A DNA stretch of 62,463 nucleotides, the filler included. It is 7 parts of 7 records of this genome, joined end to end, with 100 filler letters (N's around TTAATTAATTAA, not from the genome) between each part and the next. Parts side by side here need not be neighbours in the genome. Positions count along the whole stretch, not along the records: positions 1 to 12,376 come from SRR31156797_70080; positions 12,477 to 24,446 come from SRR31156797_70097; 5 more parts are not named here. The stretch is one strand, 5' to 3'. Below are positions 10,829 to 20,891 of this stretch, in pieces. How positions within the stretch are numbered: the stretch's first letter is position 1; each line of letters starts with the position of its first letter. Both the position numbers and the translations under genes were made by a program. The notes under the pieces were generated by a model that saw nothing but the letters and a program-made list of their open reading frames with translations, had not been told where the DNA came from and made no database searches.

Positions 10829-12315
10829 CACGTCTCGATCAGTTGGTTGACAGCCACCCGATGCCGACCTGGCGCATCATTGCCTGGCCGGTGATGGTGT
10901 TTCTCGGTGCGCTGGTCGCCTGGGCCAACTACGCCGAACTGGACGAAGTCTCGATCGCCATGGGCGAAGTGGTGCCGCGCGGCAACATCAAGACCGTGCA
11001 GCATCTTGAAGGCGGCATCATCGAGGCGATCAACGTCGATGAAGGCGACACGGTCAAAGAGGGACAGATTCTCGTTCAGTTGGACCTTGGTGCAACCGGC
11101 GTCAACCGCGAGGAATTGCAGGTCCGCCTCGACAACGAATACCTGGTCCGGGCCCGCCTAGAAGCGGAAACCCAGGGCAATCCCTTCCGGGTTCCGAAAG
11201 AACTTGCCGACAGAAGGCCGACCCAGGCGATCGCCGAAGAGCGGTCGTATGATGCCCGCAAGCAGCAACTTGCAGCCAAACTGAACGTTCAGCGCGAATT
11301 GACACGCCAGCGCGAGTTGGAGGTCGAGGAACTGCAGGCGCGCATGCGCTCGCTGCGGGACCGAAAGCGGGAATTGAGTTCGCCGGCCGGCTCCCTGCGT
11401 CAGCAGGCCCGCCAGAAGGAACTGGAAATCAAGGAACTTCAGGCCCAGCGCGACACCATCAACAACAACCTGAAACTCATCCGCGAACGTTTTCAGATGT
11501 CGGCCAAACTTTTGGCCGACGGTCTGGTTCCGAAGATGGAGCATCTTGAACTCGAGAGCGAGGTCAAGAGCCTGGAAGGCGAGCTTGCCGGTCTCAATCA
11601 GTCGATCCCTCGGGCGCGGGCCGCCGTTGAGGAAGTTCGCGGTATCCTGAAGGAAGAGATCGAGGCCGTCGACGCCGAGATCAACGCCCTACGCCCGTCC
11701 ATTCCCCGTTCACAGGCGGCAGTCGACGAAGCCAACCAACGGGCCCGGGAAGAAGAAATCCGGTTCCGCCGCGAAGCACAGGAAGAACTGGTCAAGGCCG
11801 AACAGACCATCGCCCGCATTCGCGAACTTCTGAGCGAAGCGACGGAACAGAAGATCCGAGCCGATATCCGCAGCCCAATCGACGGCATCATCAAGAACCT
11901 GCGCTACAATACCATCGGCGGCATCGTCCAACCCGGCGAGGCGATCATGGAAATCGTCCCGACCGGCGAACGCCTGATTATCGAAGCGAAACTCAGTCCA
12001 ACGGATCGCGGTTACGTAAACATCGGTCAATCGACGGTCGTCAAGATTTCGACCTATGATTATGCCAGATACGGCGGACTTGAAGGTATGGTCACGATGG
12101 TTGCCCCCGACACCAGCACCGACGAGGAGGGAACGCCTTTCTTCCGGGTCCTGGTCGAAACCGACAAGACCTATCTTGGTAAATCCGAGGGCGAATTGCC
12201 GATCATTCCTGGCATGGAAGCCACCGTCGACATCCACACCGGGTCGCGCACGGTTATCGAATATCTCGTCAAGCCGGTCCTTAAATTGCGGCATGAAGCG
12301 TTCCGCGAACGCTGA
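10825..12315 (+). CDS. HlyD-family type I secretion periplasmic adaptor
   Basis: N-terminal TM, VQHLEGG, IRSPIDG, YARYGGLEG, PGMEATVDIHTG, EAFRER end. Confidence 0.94.
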   Translation: MTRLDQLVDSHPMPTWRIIAWPVMVFLGALVAWANYAELDEVSIAMGEVVPRGNIKTVQHLEGGIIEAINVDEGDTVKEGQILVQLDLGATGVNREELQVRLDNEYLVRARLEAETQGNPFRVPKELADRRPTQAIAEERSYDARKQQLAAKLNVQRELTRQRELEVEELQARMRSLRDRKRELSSPAGSLRQQARQKELEIKELQAQRDTINNNLKLIRERFQMSAKLLADGLVPKMEHLELESEVKSLEGELAGLNQSIPRARAAVEEVRGILKEEIEAVDAEINALRPSIPRSQAAVDEANQRAREEEIRFRREAQEELVKAEQTIARIRELLSEATEQKIRADIRSPIDGIIKNLRYNTIGGIVQPGEAIMEIVPTGERLIIEAKLSPTDRGYVNIGQSTVVKISTYDYARYGGLEGMVTMVAPDTSTDEEGTPFFRVLVETDKTYLGKSEGELPIIPGMEATVDIHTGSRTVIEYLVKPVLKLRHEAFRER

Positions 12316-12376
12316 TCCGAACACCATGCCTCATGATATAGCCGCGTTCTTCGCTATGGGGCTGAAAACTCTGAAC

Positions 12377-12476
12377 NNNNNNNNNNNNNNNNNNNNNNNN
12401 NNNNNNNNNNNNNNNNNNNNTTAATTAATTAANNNNNNNNNNNNNNNNNNNNNNNNNNNNNNNNNNNNNNNNNNNN
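12377..12476. other. artificial contig spacer
   Basis: 100 nt of N with a central TTAATTAATTAA (stops in all six frames). Confidence 0.99.
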
Positions 12477-12771
12477 CCTCCGGATTCGGCAGCGTGTGCC
12501 AGCCCCAGTGAGATTGCGTACAGAGCGGCGTGCCCTGCTCGTGAAACTCCGGGAAGGTTTGCAGGCCCGTGATGTCGGCGTTGAACGCGAACTCGCCATT
12601 GCCCACACTCAGCGGCGTCAACGGATCGGGCTCACCCAGAATGACTTTGTGTCGCATTACGAGGGCCTGACGATCGATCCGTTCGCCCGACCGCGCGTCG
12701 GCATTGATGAACATCACAGCTAACAATGTCGCACAAACAATGGATACCGTGTTTCTCTGAGTCATCGCCAT
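12477..12771 (-). CDS. secreted putative glycoside hydrolase, N-terminal fragment
   Basis: Signal peptide followed by IDRQALVMRH...LSVGNGEFAFNADITGLQTF...QSHWGWH, resembling GH65-like N-termini. Truncated by the contig end. Confidence 0.55.
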
Positions 12772-12802
12772 ATCGTCCTAAGTGTTCTTTTCCGAACCCG
12801 CG

Positions 12803-13882
12803 TCAGCGTTTCTGGAGGATCTTCAGCGCGTTGTTGCGGTAGACGTTCTCCAGCACCTCGTCATCCAGGGCAAAACCGTAGAGTGGCCAGTGGTACGTCG
12901 AATGGTTCCAGGCGTAGAAATGCTCGTCGGCCGATTCCAGAATCCGGAAGGTCCACTGGTACATGGCCGGGTTGGGTCCCATGTCCGTCCCGTAAACGAG
13001 CCGGCCCTGGTATCTCTTATAGAACTGCGCCACGAAGCGCGGAATCGCCGCGGTCTCGGCGTAGCGGGCGGAGATATCCGCGTAGAGATTCGGATGCTTA
13101 TCGAGCAGCGCGCCGAGCAGATTCAGATCGTGCGAGCAATTGGCGAAGTGACACACGACGAACGTGGCCTTGGGATGCTTGGCCACGGCGTTGTCCAAGG
13201 TCTTGAGCAATCCCCCATGATCGACGACCCCGGGCTGAACGTCGATGCGCCATTTGTGGGCGTTCATCAAGCCATCGTTCTTGGCGTCCATCGGTTCGTA
13301 CATCCAGTACGGATCGGCCACATGAATATTGACGGGCATCTTCAGTTCGGCGCACTTGGCCAACAGCGGATCCATGCGGGCATCGTCGAGATGCATCCCC
13401 CAGGCCTTCGTCGGCTTGCTATAGAACAATCCCTTGCCCTTGTCACCGAGTTCGCCCACGCCGCGCGCCCCCAGGCGGTAGCAGCGCTCCAATTCCTTGA
13501 CCGCCGCGGGCCCGAAGCCCGGCTTATCATATCCGGTGTAATCCAGACCACACCACACCTCGAAACGATCGGGATACTTCGAATACATCGCATAGATATC
13601 ATCGAACTGCTTGCCCGTCGTGTAGGTCAGGATGATGGTCTTCTCGATCCCCATTTCGTCCATGACACGGACCCAGCGGGCCACCTCCTCCGGCGTCTTG
13701 GCATTGGGATGGGAATGCATGTCGATCGCGGGATACTTGGCCTTCTGCACCACCGTCTGCGGGATGTTGTAGATGGATCGAGGCCGGTAGTCCTTCAGCA
13801 GCAACTCCTCGGGATCGGATTCGGCGGCGAAGGCCGGCGCCACACAACCGGCGACCAGCAAGGCGATGTGAACGTGCTTCAT
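12803..13882 (-). CDS. secreted amidohydrolase-2 family metallohydrolase
   Basis: Signal peptide, IDMHSH, GVGEL, PVNIHVAD, VVCHF, LYADIS, YGTD. AGGAGA RBS precedes ATG 13882. Confidence 0.88.
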   Translation of the reverse strand: MKHVHIALLVAGCVAPAFAAESDPEELLLKDYRPRSIYNIPQTVVQKAKYPAIDMHSHPNAKTPEEVARWVRVMDEMGIEKTIILTYTTGKQFDDIYAMYSKYPDRFEVWCGLDYTGYDKPGFGPAAVKELERCYRLGARGVGELGDKGKGLFYSKPTKAWGMHLDDARMDPLLAKCAELKMPVNIHVADPYWMYEPMDAKNDGLMNAHKWRIDVQPGVVDHGGLLKTLDNAVAKHPKATFVVCHFANCSHDLNLLGALLDKHPNLYADISARYAETAAIPRFVAQFYKRYQGRLVYGTDMGPNPAMYQWTFRILESADEHFYAWNHSTYHWPLYGFALDDEVLENVYRNNALKILQKR

Positions 13883-13902
13883 GATGGGTCTCCTTCCTAA
13901 GA

Positions 13903-13940
13903 ATAGGTCCAACAGGTCCTATAGGACCGATAGGACCTAT
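13903..13940. repeat. four degenerate 9-bp units forming an imperfect 38-bp palindrome
   Basis: ATAGGTCCA-ACAGGTCCT-ATAGGACCG-ATAGGACCT-AT. Confidence 0.75.
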
Positions 13941-14096
13941 CATTCTAACCGCCAGGTCGCGACGGCGTCCAGTCAATACGGGCCATGAAAACCCGTGACG
14001 GGCCGCGACCGCCCTGATATCATGGCGTCTGTCATTTGGCCCCCAGGGCCACCGAATATCCGAACTCGATAGACGTCACATTGACAAGGAATTAGA

Positions 14097-17000
14097 ATGA
14101 AGTATCTACTGCCCCTCTGCGTCGCTCTGTTCTGCCATCTGGTCCCCACCTCAGCCGAAACGCCGGCCCGTCTGCTGCGTTTCCCGGCGATCCACGGTGA
14201 CCAGGTCGTCTTCACCTATGCGGGCGATCTGTACACGGTCGATGCGGCCGGTGGAATCGCACGCAAACTGACGAACCACGAAGGCTTCGAAATGTTCGCC
14301 CGCTTCGCGCCCGACGGGCAAACCCTCGCCTTCACCGGGCAATATGACGGCAACACCGAAGTCTACACGATGCCCGCGGCCGGCGGCATTCCCCAACGTC
14401 TGACGTACACACCGACCCTCGGCCGGGACGATGTCTCCGACCGCATGGGGCCGAACAACATCGTGATGACCTGGACCCCCGACGGTGAGCGTATCATCTT
14501 CCGCTCACGCATGCGGTCGTTTAACAGCTTCAATGGACGCCTGTATTCGGTTCCCACCTCGGGCCAACTGCCCGAGGAGTTGCCCTTGCCCCGCGGCGGG
14601 TTCTGCTCGTTCTCCCCCGATGGCAAGAAGATGGCCTACAACCGCATCTTCCGCGAGTTCCGCACCTGGAAGCGCTATCGCGGCGGCATGGCCGACGACG
14701 TCTGGATCTACGATTTTGATTCCAAGCAGATCGAGAACATCACCAACCATCCGGGCCAGGACATCATCCCGATGTGGGCCGGCGAGAAGATTTACTTCCT
14801 CTCCGACCGCGACGAGAACAAGCGGATGAACCTGTTCGTCTACGATCTGGGCACGAAGGAAATCCGCAAGCTGACCGACTTCGCCGAGTTCGATATCAAG
14901 TTCCCCTCGCTGGGTGACGAAGCCATCGTCTTCGAAAACGGTGGCTACCTCTATCGCTTCGACCTGGAGCAAGAAGAAGCGGCGCAGATCGACATCTCGA
15001 TCCAGGAAGACCTTCCGGGCGGACGCGGAGGTCTGACCAGTGTGGCCGGCAATGTCACGAACTATGAGATTGCCCCGGACGGCAAGCGGGCCTTGTTTGG
15101 CGCTCGGGGTGACGTCTTCACCGTGCCGGCCAAGCACGGCGCGACGCGCAATCTCACCGCTTCGCCCGGCGTCCACGAGCGCAACTCGAAATGGTCGCCC
15201 GACGGCCGCTGGATCGCGTACGTCTCCGACCAGACAGGCGAGGATGAGATCTGGGTGGTCCCGCAGGATGGCAGCGGTGCGGCCCGGCAGGTGACGACGA
15301 ATGCCGAGACGTACAAATACGACCTCCGCTGGTCGCCCGACAGCAAGAAGATCCTCTGGGCCGACAAGCGACTGCGCCTGCGCTTCGCCAACGTGCGCAG
15401 CGGGCGGATCACCGAGGTGGCCACGTCGCAGCGCTGGGAATTCAATGACTATTCCTGGTCGCCCGACAGCCGGTGGATCGCCTATAGCCGGGCCGAGATG
15501 GAGGGGATGAACAAGATCTATCTCTACTCGCTGGGCCAGAAGGAATCGCACGAGCTGACCGACGGCTGGTACGATTCGTCGAACCCGACGTTCAGCGCCG
15601 ACGGGAAATACGTTTTCTTCGTCTCCGACCGCGACTTCAATCCGATTTACGGCCGGACCGAATGGAACCATATCTACCGGGACATGTCACGCCTCTACCT
15701 GATCACGCTGGCCCGCAAGACCGAATCCCCGTTCCAGCCGCGCAGCGACGAGGTCGAGATCGAGAAACCGGAAAAGAAGAAGAAAGGCGAAGACGAGGAA
15801 CAGCCCGAGGAGAAGGCCGCAGAAGAAGCGACAGAAGAAAGCACTGCCGAAGAACAGGAGGCCCAGCCGGAAGCCGAGAAGGCCGAAGGGAAGGACTCTG
15901 AGAAATCGGAGAAGCCCGAGCGAATCAAGGTTCACATCGACGGCATCAAGGACCGCATCGCCGTATTGCCGGTCGAGGTCGCGAACTACTACAACCTCGC
16001 CTCTGTCGATGATGCCCTCTACTATATCCGGCGCACCAGCCAGGGCAACGGCGCGCAATTGTGTCGCTACGACCTCAAGGAACGCGAGGAGAAGGAACTC
16101 GGCAATATTCGCGGCTACGAACTCTCGGCCGATCGCCAGAAGATGCTTGTCGCCTCCAATGGTAAGTATGCCATCATCGACACGCCCAAGGGCAACGTCG
16201 ATATGGAGGACACCCTGGATCTGTCCGGCATGGAAGTCAACCTGGACAAGCGGGCCGAATGGACGCAAGTCTTCAACGAGTGCTGGCGGCAGATGCGGGA
16301 GTTCTTCTACGTGCCCAACATGCACGGCGTCGACTGGCCGGCCATGCAGCAGCGCTACGCCCCGCTCGTGCCCTTCGTTAATCACCGCGCCGACCTGACC
16401 TATATCATCGGTGAATTGATCGGCGAACTGAACGCCGGACACACCTACGTGGGCGGAGGCGAACAGCCCAAACCCAAACGCATCACCATGGGCCTGCTCG
16501 GCGCCGAAGTGCAGCACGATGCCGATTCCGGCTACTACCAGATTGCCAAGATCCTGCGCGGTCAGAATTGGGATCGAAGCATGCGGTCGCCCCTGACGGA
16601 AATCGGTGTCGATGCCAACGAAGGCGACTACATTCTCGCCGTCGACGGGCACTCGACCGCCGAGGTCGACAACCTCTACGAACTGCTCATCAACAAAGCG
16701 GGCAAGCAGGTGACACTCACGCTGAACGCCGAGCCGAAGACCGAGGGCAGTCGTAAGGTCACGGTCATCCCCACCGACAACGAAGAGTACCTGTACTATT
16801 ACGGCTGGGTCCAGGACAACATCCGCAAGGTCACCGAGGCCACGGACGGCAAAGTCGGCTACATCCACGTACCCGACATGGGCCGCCACGGCTTGAACGA
16901 ATTCATGAAACATTTCTACCCGCAGATGCGCAAGAAGGCTCTGATCATCGACGTGCGCGGCAATGGCGGCGGCAACGTCTCGCCTATGCTCATCGAGCGA

Positions 17001-17450
17001 CTGCGGCGGGAGATCGTCATGATCGACTTCGCCCGCAACACCGCCCCGTCGACCGATCCGGGCGAGATGCTCTACGGCCCGATGGTGTGCCTGGCCGACG
17101 AGTTCTCCGCCTCCGACGGCGACCTGTTCACCTACCGCTTCAAGAAACACCAGCTCGGCACAGTCGTCGGCAAGCGGACCTGGGGTGGCGTCGTCGGCAT
17201 TCGGGGCTCGCTGCCCCTGCTTGATGGTGGTTCATTGAACAAGCCCGAGTTCTCGCGGTACGATGTCGAAGGCCAAGAATGGATCATCGAGGGCAAGGGC
17301 GTCGAGCCCGATATCTACGTCGATAACGATCCGGCCCAGGAATACGCCGGCGTCGACCAGCAGTTGAACAAGGCGATCGAGGTTATCCTTGAAGAGCTCG
17401 AAACCCAGGAGAAGGATATCCCCACTCTGCCCCCCTACCCCGTCAAGTGA
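14097..17450 (+). CDS. tricorn protease homolog (S41)
   Basis: Signal peptide, PD40 propeller repeats (WSPDG), WKRYRGG, GYIHVPDM, DVRGNGGG, SASDGDLF catalytic region, RTWGGVVGI. Confidence 0.96.
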   Translation: MKYLLPLCVALFCHLVPTSAETPARLLRFPAIHGDQVVFTYAGDLYTVDAAGGIARKLTNHEGFEMFARFAPDGQTLAFTGQYDGNTEVYTMPAAGGIPQRLTYTPTLGRDDVSDRMGPNNIVMTWTPDGERIIFRSRMRSFNSFNGRLYSVPTSGQLPEELPLPRGGFCSFSPDGKKMAYNRIFREFRTWKRYRGGMADDVWIYDFDSKQIENITNHPGQDIIPMWAGEKIYFLSDRDENKRMNLFVYDLGTKEIRKLTDFAEFDIKFPSLGDEAIVFENGGYLYRFDLEQEEAAQIDISIQEDLPGGRGGLTSVAGNVTNYEIAPDGKRALFGARGDVFTVPAKHGATRNLTASPGVHERNSKWSPDGRWIAYVSDQTGEDEIWVVPQDGSGAARQVTTNAETYKYDLRWSPDSKKILWADKRLRLRFANVRSGRITEVATSQRWEFNDYSWSPDSRWIAYSRAEMEGMNKIYLYSLGQKESHELTDGWYDSSNPTFSADGKYVFFVSDRDFNPIYGRTEWNHIYRDMSRLYLITLARKTESPFQPRSDEVEIEKPEKKKKGEDEEQPEEKAAEEATEESTAEEQEAQPEAEKAEGKDSEKSEKPERIKVHIDGIKDRIAVLPVEVANYYNLASVDDALYYIRRTSQGNGAQLCRYDLKEREEKELGNIRGYELSADRQKMLVASNGKYAIIDTPKGNVDMEDTLDLSGMEVNLDKRAEWTQVFNECWRQMREFFYVPNMHGVDWPAMQQRYAPLVPFVNHRADLTYIIGELIGELNAGHTYVGGGEQPKPKRITMGLLGAEVQHDADSGYYQIAKILRGQNWDRSMRSPLTEIGVDANEGDYILAVDGHSTAEVDNLYELLINKAGKQVTLTLNAEPKTEGSRKVTVIPTDNEEYLYYYGWVQDNIRKVTEATDGKVGYIHVPDMGRHGLNEFMKHFYPQMRKKALIIDVRGNGGGNVSPMLIERLRREIVMIDFARNTAPSTDPGEMLYGPMVCLADEFSASDGDLFTYRFKKHQLGTVVGKRTWGGVVGIRGSLPLLDGGSLNKPEFSRYDVEGQEWIIEGKGVEPDIYVDNDPAQEYAGVDQQLNKAIEVILEELETQEKDIPTLPPYPVK

Positions 17451-17477
17451 CGTGGGATTTGATACCGGAGGTGTCTC

Positions 17478-18974
17478 ATGAGATTCGGCAGCAGACGTTC
17501 ATCATTGCTTACGATGGGTGTGCTTCTTGCGAGCGCGCTGGCTTCGCCTGGAGCATCAGCTGAGGAAATCCCCCTGGTGCGCGTCGCCGATCTCGATATC
17601 GGTGAAGCGCAGACCCTTGAGCTTTCCAGCGGCGACTCAGTCACAGTCAAGCTGATCGATCTCAAAGAGGTCCGGGACAACGTCCGCAACGCCGTGCGCC
17701 GGGCGACGGTGAAGGTCGACGTCGCCGGGAAGGTGGTGTCACTCGTCTCGTCGACCTACCATCTGCCCGTGACGGTGGGCAATGTGCAGATCGACTGCCC
17801 GGTCACCCAGGGCTATACGACCAACAGCAGCAAGGACAACGCCTGGGGCCTGACCAAGGCAGCGCGGATTCGTCTCTGGCCCGCCGACTCGCCCCTGATC
17901 CGGCCCGGAACGTTCGTCTATCCGGTCAAGCAGTGCTGGTTCGCCACCGACACGCAGATGGCCAACGTGCCCACCTTCGTCGATGGCGGGGAACTCCCCA
18001 ACAATAAGAACATCTACTATCACTACGGCCTGGACTTCGGCGGCGCCGAGGCGATGGTTGAAGTGGTCGCGGCCACGGACGGTCAGGTGATCTCAGCCGG
18101 TACCGAAGTCCTGTCCGGCAACGAAGACACGCCCGTGCGACCGCGCTACGACGTGATCTACGTCAAGGACGGTCGCGGCTGGTTCTACCGCTACAGTCAC
18201 TTGTACGAGATCGACAGTTCCGTCAAGCCCGGCGCGCGAATCCGCATGGGCCAGAAACTCGGTCGGCTCGGCAAAGAAGGCGGCAGCGGCGGGTGGTCCC
18301 ACCTGCACTTCGGGATTAAGGCCAGGCAACCTTCCGGCCTGTGGGGCACGGTGAACGGCTACGCCTTTGCCTGGCAAGCCTACCAGCGGCAATACCAACC
18401 CGAAATCATCGCCGTCGCGAGGCCCCATTGCATAAGCTGGGCGGGCGAGCCGGTCGAACTCGACGCCACGCGCTCCTGGAGCCGGTGCGGTACGATCGAC
18501 AAATTCGAATGGACCTTCTGCGATGGAACAGCCGCCACCGGTGCGAAGGTGAGGCGCATTTACGACAAGTCGGGCGAGTACAACGAAATCCTCAAGATCA
18601 CCGATGCGCGGGGCAACGTGGACTATGACTTCGCCGTCGTGCAGATCCTGGACAAGGCCCATCCCGATCAGACGCCCCCCACCGTCCATGCGGCGTACTA
18701 CCCGACGTCCGGCATCAAGCCGGGTGACGAGCTGACGTTCAAGGTCCGCGCCTTCCGCACCACGCACGGCTACGAGACGTGGGATTTCGGCGATGGCAGT
18801 CCCGAAGTGGCGGTCCGCTCCGACGGCAATGCCGAGGTTCACAATCCGCAGGGCTACGCCGTGAGGAAACACGCCTACCGCCAACCCGGAGATTATATCG
18901 CCAGCGTCCGCCGCACCAACGAACGCGGCCAGCAGGCCATTACCCACCTGCACATCCACGTCGGGTCCAAATGA
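17478..18974 (+). CDS. secreted M23 metallopeptidase with PKD domains
   Basis: HYGLD (HxxxD), YSHL and HLHF zinc motifs; two PKD-like units (WTFCDG, WDFGDG). Confidence 0.8.
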   Translation: MRFGSRRSSLLTMGVLLASALASPGASAEEIPLVRVADLDIGEAQTLELSSGDSVTVKLIDLKEVRDNVRNAVRRATVKVDVAGKVVSLVSSTYHLPVTVGNVQIDCPVTQGYTTNSSKDNAWGLTKAARIRLWPADSPLIRPGTFVYPVKQCWFATDTQMANVPTFVDGGELPNNKNIYYHYGLDFGGAEAMVEVVAATDGQVISAGTEVLSGNEDTPVRPRYDVIYVKDGRGWFYRYSHLYEIDSSVKPGARIRMGQKLGRLGKEGGSGGWSHLHFGIKARQPSGLWGTVNGYAFAWQAYQRQYQPEIIAVARPHCISWAGEPVELDATRSWSRCGTIDKFEWTFCDGTAATGAKVRRIYDKSGEYNEILKITDARGNVDYDFAVVQILDKAHPDQTPPTVHAAYYPTSGIKPGDELTFKVRAFRTTHGYETWDFGDGSPEVAVRSDGNAEVHNPQGYAVRKHAYRQPGDYIASVRRTNERGQQAITHLHIHVGSK

Positions 18975-19002
18975 AATCGTGTGGGCGAATGGTGATTCGC
19001 CC

Positions 19003-20889
19003 CTACCTATCGCCAGGCCAGACCCAAACGCGATCGCGGGCCGGGATCGTGAACGTCAACCGCACCGCATCTTCAATTCGCATGGCCCGGCCCGGAATCG
19101 GCTTGCCCGAGAAACGGTCGACCAATCGAATTCGATCGGCCGGCAAGATGAGGCCAACGTCGACGGCCTCATCGTTGAAGTTTTGAATCACACAATCGCC
19201 TTTCTGCGTGCCGGCAAAGGGATGGTATGTAACACTGGCCGGGCCTTCGAAGGTCGCCCGCTGCCCGCCGGCAAAGGCCGTGCGGAACGCCGTCAGGGCC
19301 GATCCATTCAGAGAGAGCAGGCCGAGCGGGCGCGGGCAGAGCAGCACTTCACCCACGGCGTCGAAATCCGCCTGATTGTACGTGTGCGTGTTCAGCAAAG
19401 AGACATTGCCCGCCGTGCGTAACAGCAACAATTGCCGCGAGCCATCGGAGCAGACGACGTCGCCCGCCTGTGGTGTCACTTCGATGGGGGCTTCGAGATC
19501 GACGTCCACATCCCCAACGTCGGTGCGACACATCGCACGCATTGGAGCGGACTTAAGGTCGGGATCGACACCAACAACCGCGGCCAACTCTCTACCTTGC
19601 GGCCACCTGATCAACAGGTTTGTCGTCACGACCAAGTGCGCGCCTCGCGCCCTCGCCTTCTTGACATGTTCGTGCAGGTCGGGATCGGCGGCGGCCTGGG
19701 CGGGTAGGATGATCACCGGCGCCGCTTCCGGGAACTCGTGCACTGGAACCAAAGGGATGCCCAACATGCCGAGAAAGTCCAGGAGGTACATATCGCCGGC
19801 CGGATCGCTGTTTGGCGGTTTGTAGGCGGGAATGCCTGTCACAGGATGCGCGCGGACGAACGCGGCCAGGTCGGCCAGTTGCTCGAACTGTGCCGCGACC
19901 TTCGCATGGTCCGGATGATCCGCAACGACGTTGCCCAGATTGAAGAAGACCAGTTCCGGCGCGCCGGCCAGCACGCTCGTATACGCCTGATCGAGAAAGT
20001 CGTGTTCGGCGCAGTCGCCATGATCGAACCAGGCCCCGCCGATTTTCTCGCCCGCGATGTCCGCCAGCCAGCGGTAGTTGACGAAGCCCTCGTAAGGTTG
20101 CACGAAGCCGAATCGCTGCGTGTTGCGGCCCCGCGTCTCCGTCCCCACCCAAACCCGATCGAAGAGGCGCGGAAACGTCTCCGTATCGTAGCCAAACAAA
20201 TGGAACCGGTCATGCCACTGCGGGTACTTGACGATCATGGTAATGTCGGGATTGACTTCCTTGGCCGGCCCGACGAAGATCGATTGGGCCAGTTCCGTGA
20301 GCAGGTCACATCGATACTGCCCCCACGAACGGTCGCCCTTGGCCTGTTCTGATTCAGCGCTGACGTCACCTGTACAGAGGAAATCGTCAACGATAAACGT
20401 ATCGAACACCGGCGCACTGGCGCGAACGATCCGCTCCAGATCGCGCTGCGTCTTGGCGTTCTGCCAGTTGAACCAGCCGAGCGGCCCTTCCTGCCGCACG
20501 CCCACGTCCCCGCCGGGGACCGTAGCAATCCCACCGACAACGTCGATGTCCCGCGCTTCGAGCCAGTCCCGCACTTGGACCAACTGCTCGGGCGCGACCG
20601 TGTGACCACCGCGATAGACCTCGACATAGAGCTTGGTAATCCCCATCCGCTCGACGGTCTCCCAGACGGCCGCACGAAAGCCCTCGTCCGTCGCCATCTG
20701 CTGGACCTGCCCCGACGTCGCGTACGACCCCAGCCGCAGATCGCCCGCACGCTCGCGCGCCCTGTCCAGCAACGTCCCCTCCGAAACCCCACCGGCCACC
20801 GTCGCCAATACCGCCACCCACAACATCCGTCTCAACACAATCGCACCTCCATTGCCTGCTACCGGATCAAGAATTCGACTGTCATCCAA
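19003..20889 (-). CDS. secreted hypothetical protein, glycoside-hydrolase-like TIM barrel
   Basis: 628-aa ORF with GC-rich coding bias, a hydrophobic leader, and IVDDF, KYPQW and GTETR motifs. The true start may be slightly downstream. Confidence 0.6.
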   Translation of the reverse strand: MDDSRILDPVAGNGGAIVLRRMLWVAVLATVAGGVSEGTLLDRARERAGDLRLGSYATSGQVQQMATDEGFRAAVWETVERMGITKLYVEVYRGGHTVAPEQLVQVRDWLEARDIDVVGGIATVPGGDVGVRQEGPLGWFNWQNAKTQRDLERIVRASAPVFDTFIVDDFLCTGDVSAESEQAKGDRSWGQYRCDLLTELAQSIFVGPAKEVNPDITMIVKYPQWHDRFHLFGYDTETFPRLFDRVWVGTETRGRNTQRFGFVQPYEGFVNYRWLADIAGEKIGGAWFDHGDCAEHDFLDQAYTSVLAGAPELVFFNLGNVVADHPDHAKVAAQFEQLADLAAFVRAHPVTGIPAYKPPNSDPAGDMYLLDFLGMLGIPLVPVHEFPEAAPVIILPAQAAADPDLHEHVKKARARGAHLVVTTNLLIRWPQGRELAAVVGVDPDLKSAPMRAMCRTDVGDVDVDLEAPIEVTPQAGDVVCSDGSRQLLLLRTAGNVSLLNTHTYNQADFDAVGEVLLCPRPLGLLSLNGSALTAFRTAFAGGQRATFEGPASVTYHPFAGTQKGDCVIQNFNDEAVDVGLILPADRIRLVDRFSGKPIPGRAMRIEDAVRLTFTIPARDRVWVWPGDR

Positions 20890-20891
20890 AC

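Noticed and set aside
13903-13940. CRISPR-like array
   Set aside because: Units are 9 bp with no spacers and no cas genes. No CRISPR array was seen anywhere in the window.
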